The notes beneath the pieces were generated by a model. It saw only the letters and a program-made list of their open reading frames with translations, was not told the origin of the DNA and did no database searches. Shown here one piece after another: positions 1 to 8,302 of a stretch of DNA of 32,000 bases. How positions within the stretch are numbered: position 1 is the first letter of the stretch; each line of letters begins with the position of its first letter. The stretch is taken from the NCBI RefSeq assembly GCF_003945235.1, contig NZ_RSDW01000001.1, positions 450,001-482,000 on the forward strand, read 5' to 3'. The stretch is from Edaphobacter aggregans. Lineage in GTDB: Bacteria > Acidobacteriota > Terriglobia > Terriglobales > Acidobacteriaceae. Position numbers and translations under genes: made by a program.

Positions 1-1418
1 CCCTCTACCACCGCACCGCCTTCGCCGGAGCCACCACCGGCCAGCAGCTTCTCTACGCCCTCGACGAGCAGGTCCGCCGCTTCGAAGCCGAAGGCAAAGT
101 CACCAAGTACGAAGGCTGGGAGTTCCTATCCGCCGTCCTCGACTCCAAGGGAGTCTGCCGCGGCATCTGCGCCATGGACCTCCGCACCATGGAGACCCGC
201 ACCTTCCCCGCCGACGCCATCATCGTCTGCACCGGCGGCAACGGAGCCATCTTCGGCAAATCCACCAACTCCGTCGTCTGCACCGGCTCCGCCCAGTCCG
301 CCCTCTACCAACAGGGCGCCTTCTACGCCAACGGCGAGTTCATCCAGGTCCACCCCACCGCAATCCCCGGCGAAGACAAGCTCCGTCTCATGTCCGAATC
401 GGCCCGCGGCGAAGGCGGCCGCGTCTGGGTCCCCAAGGACAAGAACGACAAGCGCGTCGCCAAATCCATCCCCGAAGGCGAGCGCTGGTACTTCCTCGAA
501 GAGTGGTACCCCAAGTACGGCAACCTCGTCCCCCGCGACGTCGCCACCCGAGCCATCTTCAAAGTCGTCTACGAACATGGCATGGGCATCGACGGCCAGC
601 CCATGGTATACCTCGACCTAACCCACATCGATCGAGCAACTTTGGACCGAAAACTTGAAGGCATTCTCGAAATCTACGAGAAGTTCGTAGGCGACGACCC
701 CCGCGAAGTCCCCATGAAGATCTTCCCTGGCATGCACTACACCATGGGCGGCCTCTGGGTAGACTTCAACCAGCAGACCAACATCCCCGGCGTCTACGCC
801 GCAGGCGAGGCCGACTACTCCATCCACGGAGCCAACCGCCTCGGCGCCAACTCCCTCCTCTCCTGCATCTACGGAGGCTTCGTAGCCGGCCCGCAAGCCA
901 TGGCCTACGCCAAATCCCTCCCCGCACAGGAAGGCGACGGAGGACACGCCGCCGAGCTCCAGCGCCAGAAGGAGTTCAACCAGCTCCTCCTCAACAACCC
1001 CGGCACCGAAAACCCCTTCAAGATCTGGCGCGAGCTCGGCGAAACCATGACCAAGCACGCCACCATCATCCGCTACAACGCAGGCCTCGACGAAGCCGAC
1101 GCCAAGATCGTCGAACTCCTAGCCCGCTACCGCAACGTCAACCTCTCCGACAAGAGCCAGTGGGCCAACACCAGCTTCGCCTTCACCCGCCAGCTCTGGA
1201 ACATGCTCCAGCTAGGCCGCGTCATCGTCCAGGGCGCACGCCTCCGCGACGAATCCCGCGGAGCCCACTACAAACCCGACTTCCCCGAACGCAACGACGA
1301 AAAGTTCCTCAAGACCACCAAGGTCAGCTTCAAAAACGACGCCCCCGCCTTCGAGTTCGAAGAGGTAGATATCCAGTACATCAAACCGCGCCCACGCCGC
1401 TACGACGCCACGGCCTAG
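1..1418 (+). CDS. sdhA: Succinate dehydrogenase/fumarate reductase flavoprotein subunit, 5'-truncated by the window edge (codon phase starts at nt 3)
   Basis: The frame is open from the window edge to TAG at 1416-1418. The translation carries SdhA/FrdA hallmarks: FIQVHPTAIPG, MSESARGEGGR, HYTMGGLWVD, GEADYSIHGANRLGANSLL, ESRGAHYKPDFPERND. Codons are strongly C-ending. Confidence 0.95.
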   Translation, partial: LYHRTAFAGATTGQQLLYALDEQVRRFEAEGKVTKYEGWEFLSAVLDSKGVCRGICAMDLRTMETRTFPADAIIVCTGGNGAIFGKSTNSVVCTGSAQSALYQQGAFYANGEFIQVHPTAIPGEDKLRLMSESARGEGGRVWVPKDKNDKRVAKSIPEGERWYFLEEWYPKYGNLVPRDVATRAIFKVVYEHGMGIDGQPMVYLDLTHIDRATLDRKLEGILEIYEKFVGDDPREVPMKIFPGMHYTMGGLWVDFNQQTNIPGVYAAGEADYSIHGANRLGANSLLSCIYGGFVAGPQAMAYAKSLPAQEGDGGHAAELQRQKEFNQLLLNNPGTENPFKIWRELGETMTKHATIIRYNAGLDEADAKIVELLARYRNVNLSDKSQWANTSFAFTRQLWNMLQLGRVIVQGARLRDESRGAHYKPDFPERNDEKFLKTTKVSFKNDAPAFEFEEVDIQYIKPRPRRYDATA

Positions 1419-1446
1419 CTTTATCTTTTGTTGTCGCCTTTTGTTT

Positions 1447-1614
1447 TTCTTGTTTGTCATCCCGTAGGGATCTGCTGTTGCACTTGCTTTTCTTGTTTGT
1501 CATCCTTCGCGAAGCGGAGGATCTGCTTCTAGCCTTTGCTTGTTTTTATCTTTTGCACCTGCTTCGCCTTTGCCGTCATTCTGAGCGCGTCTTTCGAGCG
1601 CGAAGAACCCCGAG
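1447..1614. repeat. Three short hairpin-type interspersed repeat units in the sdhA-sdhB spacer
   Basis: 'ttcttgtttgtcatcc' occurs twice (1447 and 1490), each followed by a small hairpin: ATCCC-gta-GGGAT, and ATCCTTCGC-gaa-GCGGAGGAT. A third related unit, 'gccgtcattctgagcgcg...cgagcgcgaagaa', lies at 1568-1614. Spurious ORFs across them read ...VILREAEDLLL.../...CRHSERVFRAR..., a pattern I recall from Acidobacteria intergenic repeats. Confidence 0.6.
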
Positions 1615-1700
1615 AGAGCTCCGAGCGCCACAACAGCTCGAACCTTTCTCCCCCAAATTTCGCTTTAGCTTTTGCTGTAAATTATCGAGGGCAACCAACA

Positions 1701-1745
1701 ATGCCAAGCACCATCAACCCGCACCGCTACGACGCAACTGCATAA
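1701..1745 (+). other. Chimeric 14-codon relic ORF (MPSTINPHRYDATA*): sdhB 5' end joined to a diverged copy of the sdhA 3' end
   Basis: 1701-1717 (atgccaagcaccatcaa) is identical to the sdhB start at 1993-2009. The next 28 nt (cccgcaccgctacgacgcaactgcataa) parallel the sdhA tail at 1385-1418 (...ccgcgcccacgccgctacgacgccacggcctag). The join falls at the shared hexamer ATCAA(A). Confidence 0.6.
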
Positions 1746-1749
1746 GGAT

Positions 1750-1992
1750 ATGAAACCCGTTCTTCAAGCTAATGAAGTTGCGAACTTGATCGAGCGCTTT
1801 TTGGATGGCCATTCATCCTACCCGCAGGAATGGAACGATTTTGTCGAAGCAGGTCGAGTCGAGAATCACCTCAAAATGATTCAGAAAAAGTGTTATGAGT
1901 TGGACCCATTAGTGAATCGGCCAGGAAATATGGACGTTGAAGCAGTTACCGAACTGCGAACGATTGTCTCAACGTTACGAGGAGCACAACCA
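1750..1992 (+). CDS. Hypothetical 81-codon low-GC ORF with no stop codon, reading in frame into sdhB
   Basis: ATG at 1750 lies 4 nt after the relic ORF stop. Composition is visibly AT-richer than the flanks and codons are not C-ending. The frame stays open into ATG 1993. The translation is MKPVLQANEVANLIERFLDGHSSYPQEWNDFVEAG.... The AAGGA motif is only 1 nt from the ATG, which is poor spacing. Confidence 0.35.
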
Positions 1993-2754
1993 ATGCCAAG
2001 CACCATCAAAGTCGAGATCAAGCGTCAACCCAACCCCGACGCCCCCGCAACCACCGAGAAGTTCGAGGTCCCCTACCGCCCGGGCATGAACATCACCTCG
2101 CTCCTCGGCGAGATCGCGCTCAACCCCGTCGACGTCGCCGGCAAGCCCACCACGCCCATCACCTACGACTCCAACTGCCTCGAGGAGATCTGCGGCTCCT
2201 GCGCCATGCTCATCAACGGCAAAGCCGCCATGGCCTGCTCCGCGCTCGTCGACAAGCTCACCGGCCCCAACAAAGACCAGACCATCACCCTCGCGCCCCT
2301 CAGCAAGTTCCCCGTAGTCCGCGACCTCGCCGTCGACCGCTCCGTCCTCTTCGAAAACCTCAAAAAGGTCAAAGCCTGGGTCCCCATCGACGGCTCCTAC
2401 GACCTCGGCCCCGGCCCCCGCCAGGCCCCCCAGATTCAAGAGCAGCGCTACCCCCTCTCCAATTGCATCAGCTGCACCATCTGCATGGAGGTCTGCCCCC
2501 AATTCAACGACGCCACCGGCTTCGTAGGCGCCGCCACCATCGCCCAGGCCAAGCTCTTCAACATGGACCCCAGCGGAGCCGTCCTCAAAGAAGAACGCCT
2601 CCGAGCCCTCTCCGGAGACGGCGGCATCCAGGAATGCGGCTTCGCCCAAAACTGCGTCCAGGCCTGCCCTAAGCAACTCCCCCTAACCGAAGCCATCTCC
2701 GACATGGGCCGCGACGTCTTCGTCCAACAAGTCAAAGACCTCTTCGCGAGATAG
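1993..2754 (+). CDS. sdhB: Succinate dehydrogenase/fumarate reductase iron-sulfur subunit
   Basis: GAGGAG lies 8 nt upstream of ATG 1993. The 253-aa product has Fe-S cysteine clusters (CLEEICGSCAM, CISCTICMEVCP, CGFAQNCVQACP) and the same C-ending codon style as sdhA. The track ORF 1750..2754 is the same frame with the upstream ORF fused. Confidence 0.9.
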   Translation: MPSTIKVEIKRQPNPDAPATTEKFEVPYRPGMNITSLLGEIALNPVDVAGKPTTPITYDSNCLEEICGSCAMLINGKAAMACSALVDKLTGPNKDQTITLAPLSKFPVVRDLAVDRSVLFENLKKVKAWVPIDGSYDLGPGPRQAPQIQEQRYPLSNCISCTICMEVCPQFNDATGFVGAATIAQAKLFNMDPSGAVLKEERLRALSGDGGIQECGFAQNCVQACPKQLPLTEAISDMGRDVFVQQVKDLFAR

Positions 2755-2757
2755 GCC

Positions 2758-2973
2758 ATGCTCATCCTCAAATACTGCTGGATGGCAGGATTGACGCTTG
2801 CGGTCTTTAGCAACCTTGTCTTGCTAAAGACTGGTCGAATCGGTCCATGTGCAACCAAAACCCAGTTGGCTGCTATGCTCGCGATGTATCTCTTTGGTGT
2901 ATGTGGAATTGCATCGCTTATATTATGGGCGACTCTCCGCCTACGAAAAGTCGTTGCCAATCGTTCAAATTGA
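2758..2973 (+). CDS. Hypothetical small membrane protein (71 aa, two predicted TM helices, basic tail)
   Basis: ATG lies 3 nt after the sdhB stop. Lower GC than neighbours. Two hydrophobic stretches (AGLTLAVFSNLVLL and LAAMLAMYLFGVCGIASLILWA). I recognise no homology. Confidence 0.3.
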   Translation: MLILKYCWMAGLTLAVFSNLVLLKTGRIGPCATKTQLAAMLAMYLFGVCGIASLILWATLRLRKVVANRSN

Positions 2974-2974
2974 A

Positions 2975-3064
2975 GGCCCCGAATTCATGCCGGGTGCCGG
3001 GTGCCCCATATCTCGATTTTGAGATGTGGGATATTCGCGCAAAGCGCGAACCGCTTTCTTGCCC
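2975..3064. repeat. Interspersed ~90-nt repeat, copy R0 (same family as 14152-14241 and 14371-14462)
   Basis: Shared skeleton: gggtgccc-[hairpin]-tggga(t/c)attcgc-(n)c(n)aaagcgaac-...ttcc. Here the hairpin is CCATATCTC-gatttt-GAGATGTGG (3006-3029). Spurious ORFs over it read PHLKIEIWGTRHP / GAPYLDFEMWDI. Confidence 0.65.
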
Positions 3065-3276
3065 GGCACGTCCTCTCGAACGACTCCGCTCTAACACCGG
3101 CATCCAAAATCGAACCCGGTTCAGTCGGAAAAAGTGCATCCCGCAAACCACGTTTGCCACACATTTTTCCATCAGCTATCCACAAAACACCACGCACAAA
3201 CACCTGTTTTTCCCAAAAAATCCAGGCATTCACCACCCCAAAAAATCCGGACACAAATCCATCCAAAAAACAAAAA

Positions 3277-3302
3277 GAGACCCGCCATTTTCGACGGGTC
3301 TC
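3277..3302. terminator. Probable bidirectional rho-independent terminator
   Basis: GAGACCCG-ccattttcga-CGGGTCTC (8-bp stem), preceded by AAAAA and followed by TTTCT. It lies 17 nt downstream of the minus-strand small CDS that ends at 3319. Confidence 0.6.
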
Positions 3303-3318
3303 TTTCTGCTGATTCCTC

Positions 3319-3519
3319 TTACTTCGAAAAGATCGAATTCCCCGGAGTCGTCTCGTCATTCGACTTGATCCGGTTCTCCGCCCGCTTGGCGCTCTGCATG
3401 GCGATGTGATCCATCTTCTCCTGCTTAGTCTTGCCGACCATCGTGGCATCAGCATTCTGCTCAATCGCCTCATGCGAAGGCCGTGCGCCTGTCTTGGTCG
3501 AATTCAGTCCTTGTGCCAT
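3319..3519 (-). CDS. Hypothetical small hydrophilic protein (66 aa)
   Basis: ATG at 3519 is preceded by GAGGTGA at about 6 nt. The terminator hairpin lies just downstream. Codons are G-ending, as in other minus-strand genes in this half. The translation is MAQGLNSTKTGARPSHEAIEQNADATMVGKTKQEKMDHIAMQSAKRAENR.... The longer track ORF 3319..3804 is an unlikely extension. Confidence 0.55.
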   Translation of the reverse strand: MAQGLNSTKTGARPSHEAIEQNADATMVGKTKQEKMDHIAMQSAKRAENRIKSNDETTPGNSIFSK

Positions 3520-3600
3520 TTGCTTCACCTCTTCATAGACAGATGGCCGCCTGAAACCCTCGGTTGCCCTTATTACAGAGTTGCTACAATCACCGTATTC

Positions 3601-4866
3601 ATGCGCGAAACCACCGCACCCAACATGACCCGATCGCCAATGTTTGCAGCCACATCCACGCTGTTCCTTCTCAGCGCATCTTTTATGCACGCCCAGGCAA
3701 CCCCAACAGGAAAGAAGCAGATGACCGACCCCGCAAAAGTCCACGCCAGCGCCATAGTCATCGACACCCACGCCGACACGCCCCAACGCTTCGTCGACGA
3801 GCACTGGAACTTCACCGACCCGCTCAACGGAGGCATGCTGAACTACGACAGCGCAAGGAAGGGCAACCTAGGCGCGCAATTCTTTTCCATCTGGGTCGAC
3901 CCCGGCCAATACCCCGCCAACGCCTCTGCTCGCCGCACACTCGAACTCATCGACGGCACGCTCGAACAAGTCCGCAAAGCACCAGACAAACTCCAGCTCT
4001 GCACCACCCCCGACCAGATCATCGCCGCACACAAAAGCGGAAAATTCGCCGTCCTGATGGGCATAGAAGGCGGCCACTCCATCGAAAACTCCCTGGGCCT
4101 CCTCCGCAATTATTACCGCCTAGGCGTCCGCTACATGACCCTCACCTGGTCAAACACCAACGACTGGGCCGACTCCTCAGGAGACATCGACGACGCCACC
4201 GTAAAACACCACAATGGCCTAACACCATTTGGCAAAGACGTCGTCCGCGAGATGAACCGCATCGGCATGATGGTCGACATTTCCCACGTCTCCGACAAAA
4301 CCTTCTGGGACGTCATCGAAACCACCAAAGTCCCCGTCATCGCCTCGCACTCCTCTGCCCGCGCCCTCACCAACGCCCAGCGCAACATGACCGACGACAT
4401 GATCCGCGCCGTCGCCAAAAACGGGGGAGTCGTCATGGTAAACTTTTTCCCCGCCTTCATCGACGAGCAGTGGCGCCAAGCCTGGAACGCGCAGAAACCC
4501 GACCGCCAGAAGGCCCAGGACGCACTAGAAGCCGAGTACAAAGCCAAGGGCCTGCCCGTCCCCTACGCCGCCTCCGACAAGATCGACCGCGAGTTCGCCG
4601 CAAAAATCGGGCGCGCACCGTTCAACTCACTGATCGACCACTTCGACCACATCATCAAGATAGCGGGCATCGATCATGTAGGCATCGGTACCGATTTCGA
4701 CGGCATCCCCGTTCCCCCCGATGGCATCGACTCCGCCGCCGACCTCCCCAAAATCACCACCGCCCTCATGGGCCGCGGCTACTCAGCAGATGACATGAAG
4801 AAACTACTCGGCGACAACCTGCTGCGCGTATTCGGCGCGGTGCAAGCTGCCGCAGAGAAGCCTTGA
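3601..4866 (+). CDS. Membrane (renal-type) dipeptidase, peptidase family M19, with signal peptide
   Basis: Motifs: VIDTHADTP, GIEGGHSIENSLGLLRNYYRLGVRYMTLTWSNTNDWADSS, MMVDISHVSDKTFWDV, PVIASHSSARAL, HVGIGTDFDG. The N-terminus MTRSPMFAATSTLFLLSASFMHAQA looks like a signal peptide. The start is ambiguous (ATG 3601, 3625 or 3640). The track start at 3406 overlaps the opposite-strand small gene and is unlikely. Confidence 0.9.
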   Translation: MRETTAPNMTRSPMFAATSTLFLLSASFMHAQATPTGKKQMTDPAKVHASAIVIDTHADTPQRFVDEHWNFTDPLNGGMLNYDSARKGNLGAQFFSIWVDPGQYPANASARRTLELIDGTLEQVRKAPDKLQLCTTPDQIIAAHKSGKFAVLMGIEGGHSIENSLGLLRNYYRLGVRYMTLTWSNTNDWADSSGDIDDATVKHHNGLTPFGKDVVREMNRIGMMVDISHVSDKTFWDVIETTKVPVIASHSSARALTNAQRNMTDDMIRAVAKNGGVVMVNFFPAFIDEQWRQAWNAQKPDRQKAQDALEAEYKAKGLPVPYAASDKIDREFAAKIGRAPFNSLIDHFDHIIKIAGIDHVGIGTDFDGIPVPPDGIDSAADLPKITTALMGRGYSADDMKKLLGDNLLRVFGAVQAAAEKP

Positions 4867-4884
4867 GCCAAACCCTGAAAGAGC

Positions 4885-5178
4885 CTACTTGCTACCGAGA
4901 ATGTCGATCTTATTGATGTGAATCGGCTCGGCGAAAAGCTCGCTGGCCTTGGCCATCAGGGCCTTGGCAATCTCTCCGTTGAGATGCGCATCGCGGCCCG
5001 CTTCATCGTTGAAGGTGTCGAACACACTGTACTTCCCGCCACCTTCATTGAGACCGTACCATGTAACGGTGCCGGGCTCCTTCTTCGCCATCTCGGCGCC
5101 TTGCTTCAAAAAAGCTTCGACCTCGGCTTCCTTCCCCGGTTTCGCCTTCAGCGGCACATAGAGCGCTAATTTCGCCAT
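4885..5178 (-). CDS. Antibiotic-biosynthesis-monooxygenase (ABM) domain protein / putative quinol monooxygenase
   Basis: The ~97-aa product has the ferredoxin-like ABM pattern (LYVPLKAKPGKEAEVEAFL...EPGTVTWYGL...FDTFNDEAGRDAHLNG). GGAGG lies 9 nt upstream of ATG 5178. The track start at 5187 abuts the SD. Confidence 0.7.
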   Translation of the reverse strand: MAKLALYVPLKAKPGKEAEVEAFLKQGAEMAKKEPGTVTWYGLNEGGGKYSVFDTFNDEAGRDAHLNGEIAKALMAKASELFAEPIHINKIDILGSK

Positions 5179-5269
5179 TTCGTTCATCCTCCGGCTATTT
5201 GGATGCTCAAACCTGAACCGGCCTCATTCGCCTTTCTTGAAATGAGCATCAAAATCCCTGGAGGCACCT

Positions 5270-5827
5270 ATGCGCCGAGACAAACCTTCCGTCCTCCGAG
5301 GCGTCGTAACCGGAATCGCAGCCGGATTTGCCGCAACGCTCGTGATGGATCAGTTCCAGAAGTTGATGAGCGCCGGCGAAAAAGAGCTCGATAAGCAAAA
5401 AAAACTGGCCGACCAAGAATCTCCTCGGCTCATACCGCAGGAACAAGCTCAGAAAGAGCAAGACGTGGCCCATCAGGAAGGCTCCACGGAAAAGGTCGCA
5501 CGCAAAATCGCCGAAGCAACCGGAGCTACTTTGGCAGACGAGGACAAAAAGAAGGCCGGGCAGGCAGTCCATTACGCCTTTGGCACCTTGATGGGCGTGG
5601 TCTATGCAGTCTCGGCAGAACTGATCCCCGAAGTGACCACCGGCGCAGGGACGGCCTACGGCACGCTTCTCTTTCTGAGTGCGGATGAGGTTGCGGTGCC
5701 GGCGTTTCAGCTATCGCCACCGCCAACGGAGGCAGATCCGAAGGACCATCTAGAGCACTGGGCCTCCCATGTGGTCTACGGCGGGGCGTTGGAACTGACT
5801 CGCAGCCTTATACGGCGCCTGATGTGA
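5270..5827 (+). CDS. Membrane protein, DUF1440/YagU-like (tentative)
   Basis: GGAGG lies 6 nt upstream of the ATG. Hydrophobic segments (GVVTGIAAGFAATLVM and HYAFGTLMGVVYAV) flank a charged K/E/Q-rich linker. The family assignment is from memory only. Confidence 0.6.
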   Translation: MRRDKPSVLRGVVTGIAAGFAATLVMDQFQKLMSAGEKELDKQKKLADQESPRLIPQEQAQKEQDVAHQEGSTEKVARKIAEATGATLADEDKKKAGQAVHYAFGTLMGVVYAVSAELIPEVTTGAGTAYGTLLFLSADEVAVPAFQLSPPPTEADPKDHLEHWASHVVYGGALELTRSLIRRLM

Positions 5828-5891
5828 GTGCTGCACGTTGCCCCATGCAGTCGTCTACGATAGCCTGTTCTATGGAGTGATACACACCCGC

Positions 5892-6638
5892 ATGATGCTT
5901 CGTTACCTTGCATTCGCTTTAGCCTTCAGTGTTTCGGCACTCGGACAGTCGCCAGCCTCACCGTCATCCGACCAACTTCCGGATGCTCCAAGCACCACAA
6001 GCCAGGCCAAGCCGCCGGTGGCTCCAACAGGACCAACTGCTGTGATCGACACGACCATGGGGCGGTTGACCTGTAAGCTCTACGACCAGCAGGCTCCTGT
6101 AACGGTGGCCAATTTCGTAGGACTTGCTGAAGGAACTAAAGACTGGACCGACCCAAAGACTCTCAAGAAAGTCCACAACCAGCCGTACTACAACGGCACT
6201 ACGTTCCATCGAGTAATTCCGGAATTCATGATCCAGGGTGGCGACCGAATGGGCACGGGTGCCGGCGATCCGGGTTATTTTTTCCAGGATGAGATTGATC
6301 CCTCACTGACCTTCGATCAACCCGGACGTCTCGCGATGGCTAACGCCGGCCCAGGACCTTCTGGCGGCGGTACCAATGGCTCACAGTTCTTCATTACCGA
6401 AACACCGGTGCCGCAGCTAAACGGCAAGCACACCATCTTTGGCCAGTGCGATGCTCATTCTGTTTTGCTCGTGGCGTCCATCGCCCGCGTGGAGCGCAAC
6501 AGTGAAGACAAGCCCCTCACCCCGGTGGTCATCGACCGCGTGACAATCGTACGGGAGGGCCAACCCATGCCTCCGCTGCCCGCAACTCCAGCCACACCCG
6601 CCGCGACAACAGCACCGGCTGCCGCGCCCCCAAGATAA
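5892..6638 (+). CDS. Secreted cyclophilin-type peptidyl-prolyl cis-trans isomerase with Pro/Ala/Thr-rich N- and C-terminal tails
   Basis: Cyclophilin core: FHRVIPEFMIQGGD, GRLAMANAG, NGSQFFIT, LNGKHTIFGQ. Signal-like N-terminus MMLRYLAFALAFSVSALGQ. Tail ...PLPATPATPAATTAPAAAPPR. The track start at 5838 (TTG) is probably too far upstream. Confidence 0.85.
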   Translation: MMLRYLAFALAFSVSALGQSPASPSSDQLPDAPSTTSQAKPPVAPTGPTAVIDTTMGRLTCKLYDQQAPVTVANFVGLAEGTKDWTDPKTLKKVHNQPYYNGTTFHRVIPEFMIQGGDRMGTGAGDPGYFFQDEIDPSLTFDQPGRLAMANAGPGPSGGGTNGSQFFITETPVPQLNGKHTIFGQCDAHSVLLVASIARVERNSEDKPLTPVVIDRVTIVREGQPMPPLPATPATPAATTAPAAAPPR

Positions 6639-6725
6639 ATTTCCCCTGCTCTTCGCGATCTTGGCGAAGATGCTTCCTGCTCGCATCTCATAACCTGAAA
6701 TAAGCTTGTTAAGGAGAACAACGAA

Positions 6726-7247
6726 ATGGCAAAGAACCCCGGCACCTATGCAACATTCAAAACATCCGAAGGTACCATCGTCTGCGAGCTCTTCGAGAAG
6801 GACGCTCCTGAGACGGTAGCCAACTTCATTGGTCTCGCCGAAGGCACCAAGGACTGGAACAGCCGCAGCAAGAAGGGGCCGAAGCTCTACGACGGAACCA
6901 TCTTCCATCGCGTGATTCCACAGTTCATGATCCAGGGTGGGGACCCCGAAGGTACCGGCATGGGCGGCCCCGGCTACAAATTCGCCGACGAGACCCGCGG
7001 TTCGAAGCATGGATTCCAGCAGCCCGGCAAACTTGCCATGGCCAACGCCGGCCCCAACACCAACGGCTCGCAGTTCTTCATCACCGTCACCGACACCAGC
7101 TGGCTCACCGGCAAGCACACCATCTTCGGCCAGGTAACTGAGGGCTACGATATCGTCGAGAAAATCTCGAAGGTAAGCCGCGACGGCATGGACCGCCCCA
7201 AGACCCCAGTCGTCCTCGAGTCCGTAACCATCGAACGCGTAGCTTAA
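6726..7247 (+). CDS. ppiB: Cytoplasmic cyclophilin-type peptidyl-prolyl cis-trans isomerase
   Basis: AAGGAG lies 9 nt upstream. Motifs: FHRVIPQFMIQGGDP, GKLAMANAGPNTNGSQFFIT, WLTGKHTIFGQV. Confidence 0.92.
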   Translation: MAKNPGTYATFKTSEGTIVCELFEKDAPETVANFIGLAEGTKDWNSRSKKGPKLYDGTIFHRVIPQFMIQGGDPEGTGMGGPGYKFADETRGSKHGFQQPGKLAMANAGPNTNGSQFFITVTDTSWLTGKHTIFGQVTEGYDIVEKISKVSRDGMDRPKTPVVLESVTIERVA

Positions 7248-7271
7248 TCCATCTTCACAACAAAACAGAAA

Positions 7272-7295
7272 GGCCCGCTCATCCTCAAGCGGGCC
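7272..7295. terminator. Bidirectional rho-independent terminator between convergent ppiB and mdh
   Basis: GGCCCGCT-catcctca-AGCGGGCC (8-bp stem), flanked by AAA upstream and TTCTTCGTTCTT downstream. Confidence 0.7.
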
Positions 7296-7340
7296 TTCTT
7301 CGTTCTTATCGGTGAAATCTCTGCAGATCGGTGCTAAGTC

Positions 7341-8288
<948 letters not shown>

Positions 8289-8302
8289 CTACTCAAAATT
8301 TC

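Noticed and set aside
1419-1700. Whether the repeated units in the sdhA-sdhB spacer form a CRISPR array.
   Set aside because: There are only two or three units of differing length, with no constant repeat/spacer periodicity and no cas genes. They fit a REP/MITE-like hairpin family instead.
3176-3184. Near-consensus DnaA box CTATCCACA (8 of 9 match to TTATCCACA).
   Set aside because: It is a single isolated site 11 kb from the skew switch. One-mismatch matches to a 9-mer are expected several times by chance in 32 kb on two strands.
2847-3473. ORFs 2847..3368(+), 3001..3312(+), 3134..3409(+), 2918..3172(-) and 2985..3473(-), which cover the region after sdhB.
   Set aside because: They run through the interspersed repeat R0, an A/C-rich low-complexity tract and a terminator hairpin. 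Their sequences (for example PHLKIEIWGTRHP) are repeat translations rather than proteins.
5570-6640. Local departure from the left-arm C-rich top-strand rule, covering the secreted cyclophilin and the 3' half of the DUF1440-like gene. Sampled lines: 6001-6060 21C/18G and 6241-6300 13C/21G.
   Set aside because: The sample counts are noisy; a ppiB line (6901-6960) also gave 18C/17G. I cannot distinguish a small inverted or acquired patch from ordinary gene-to-gene variation without a computed skew profile.
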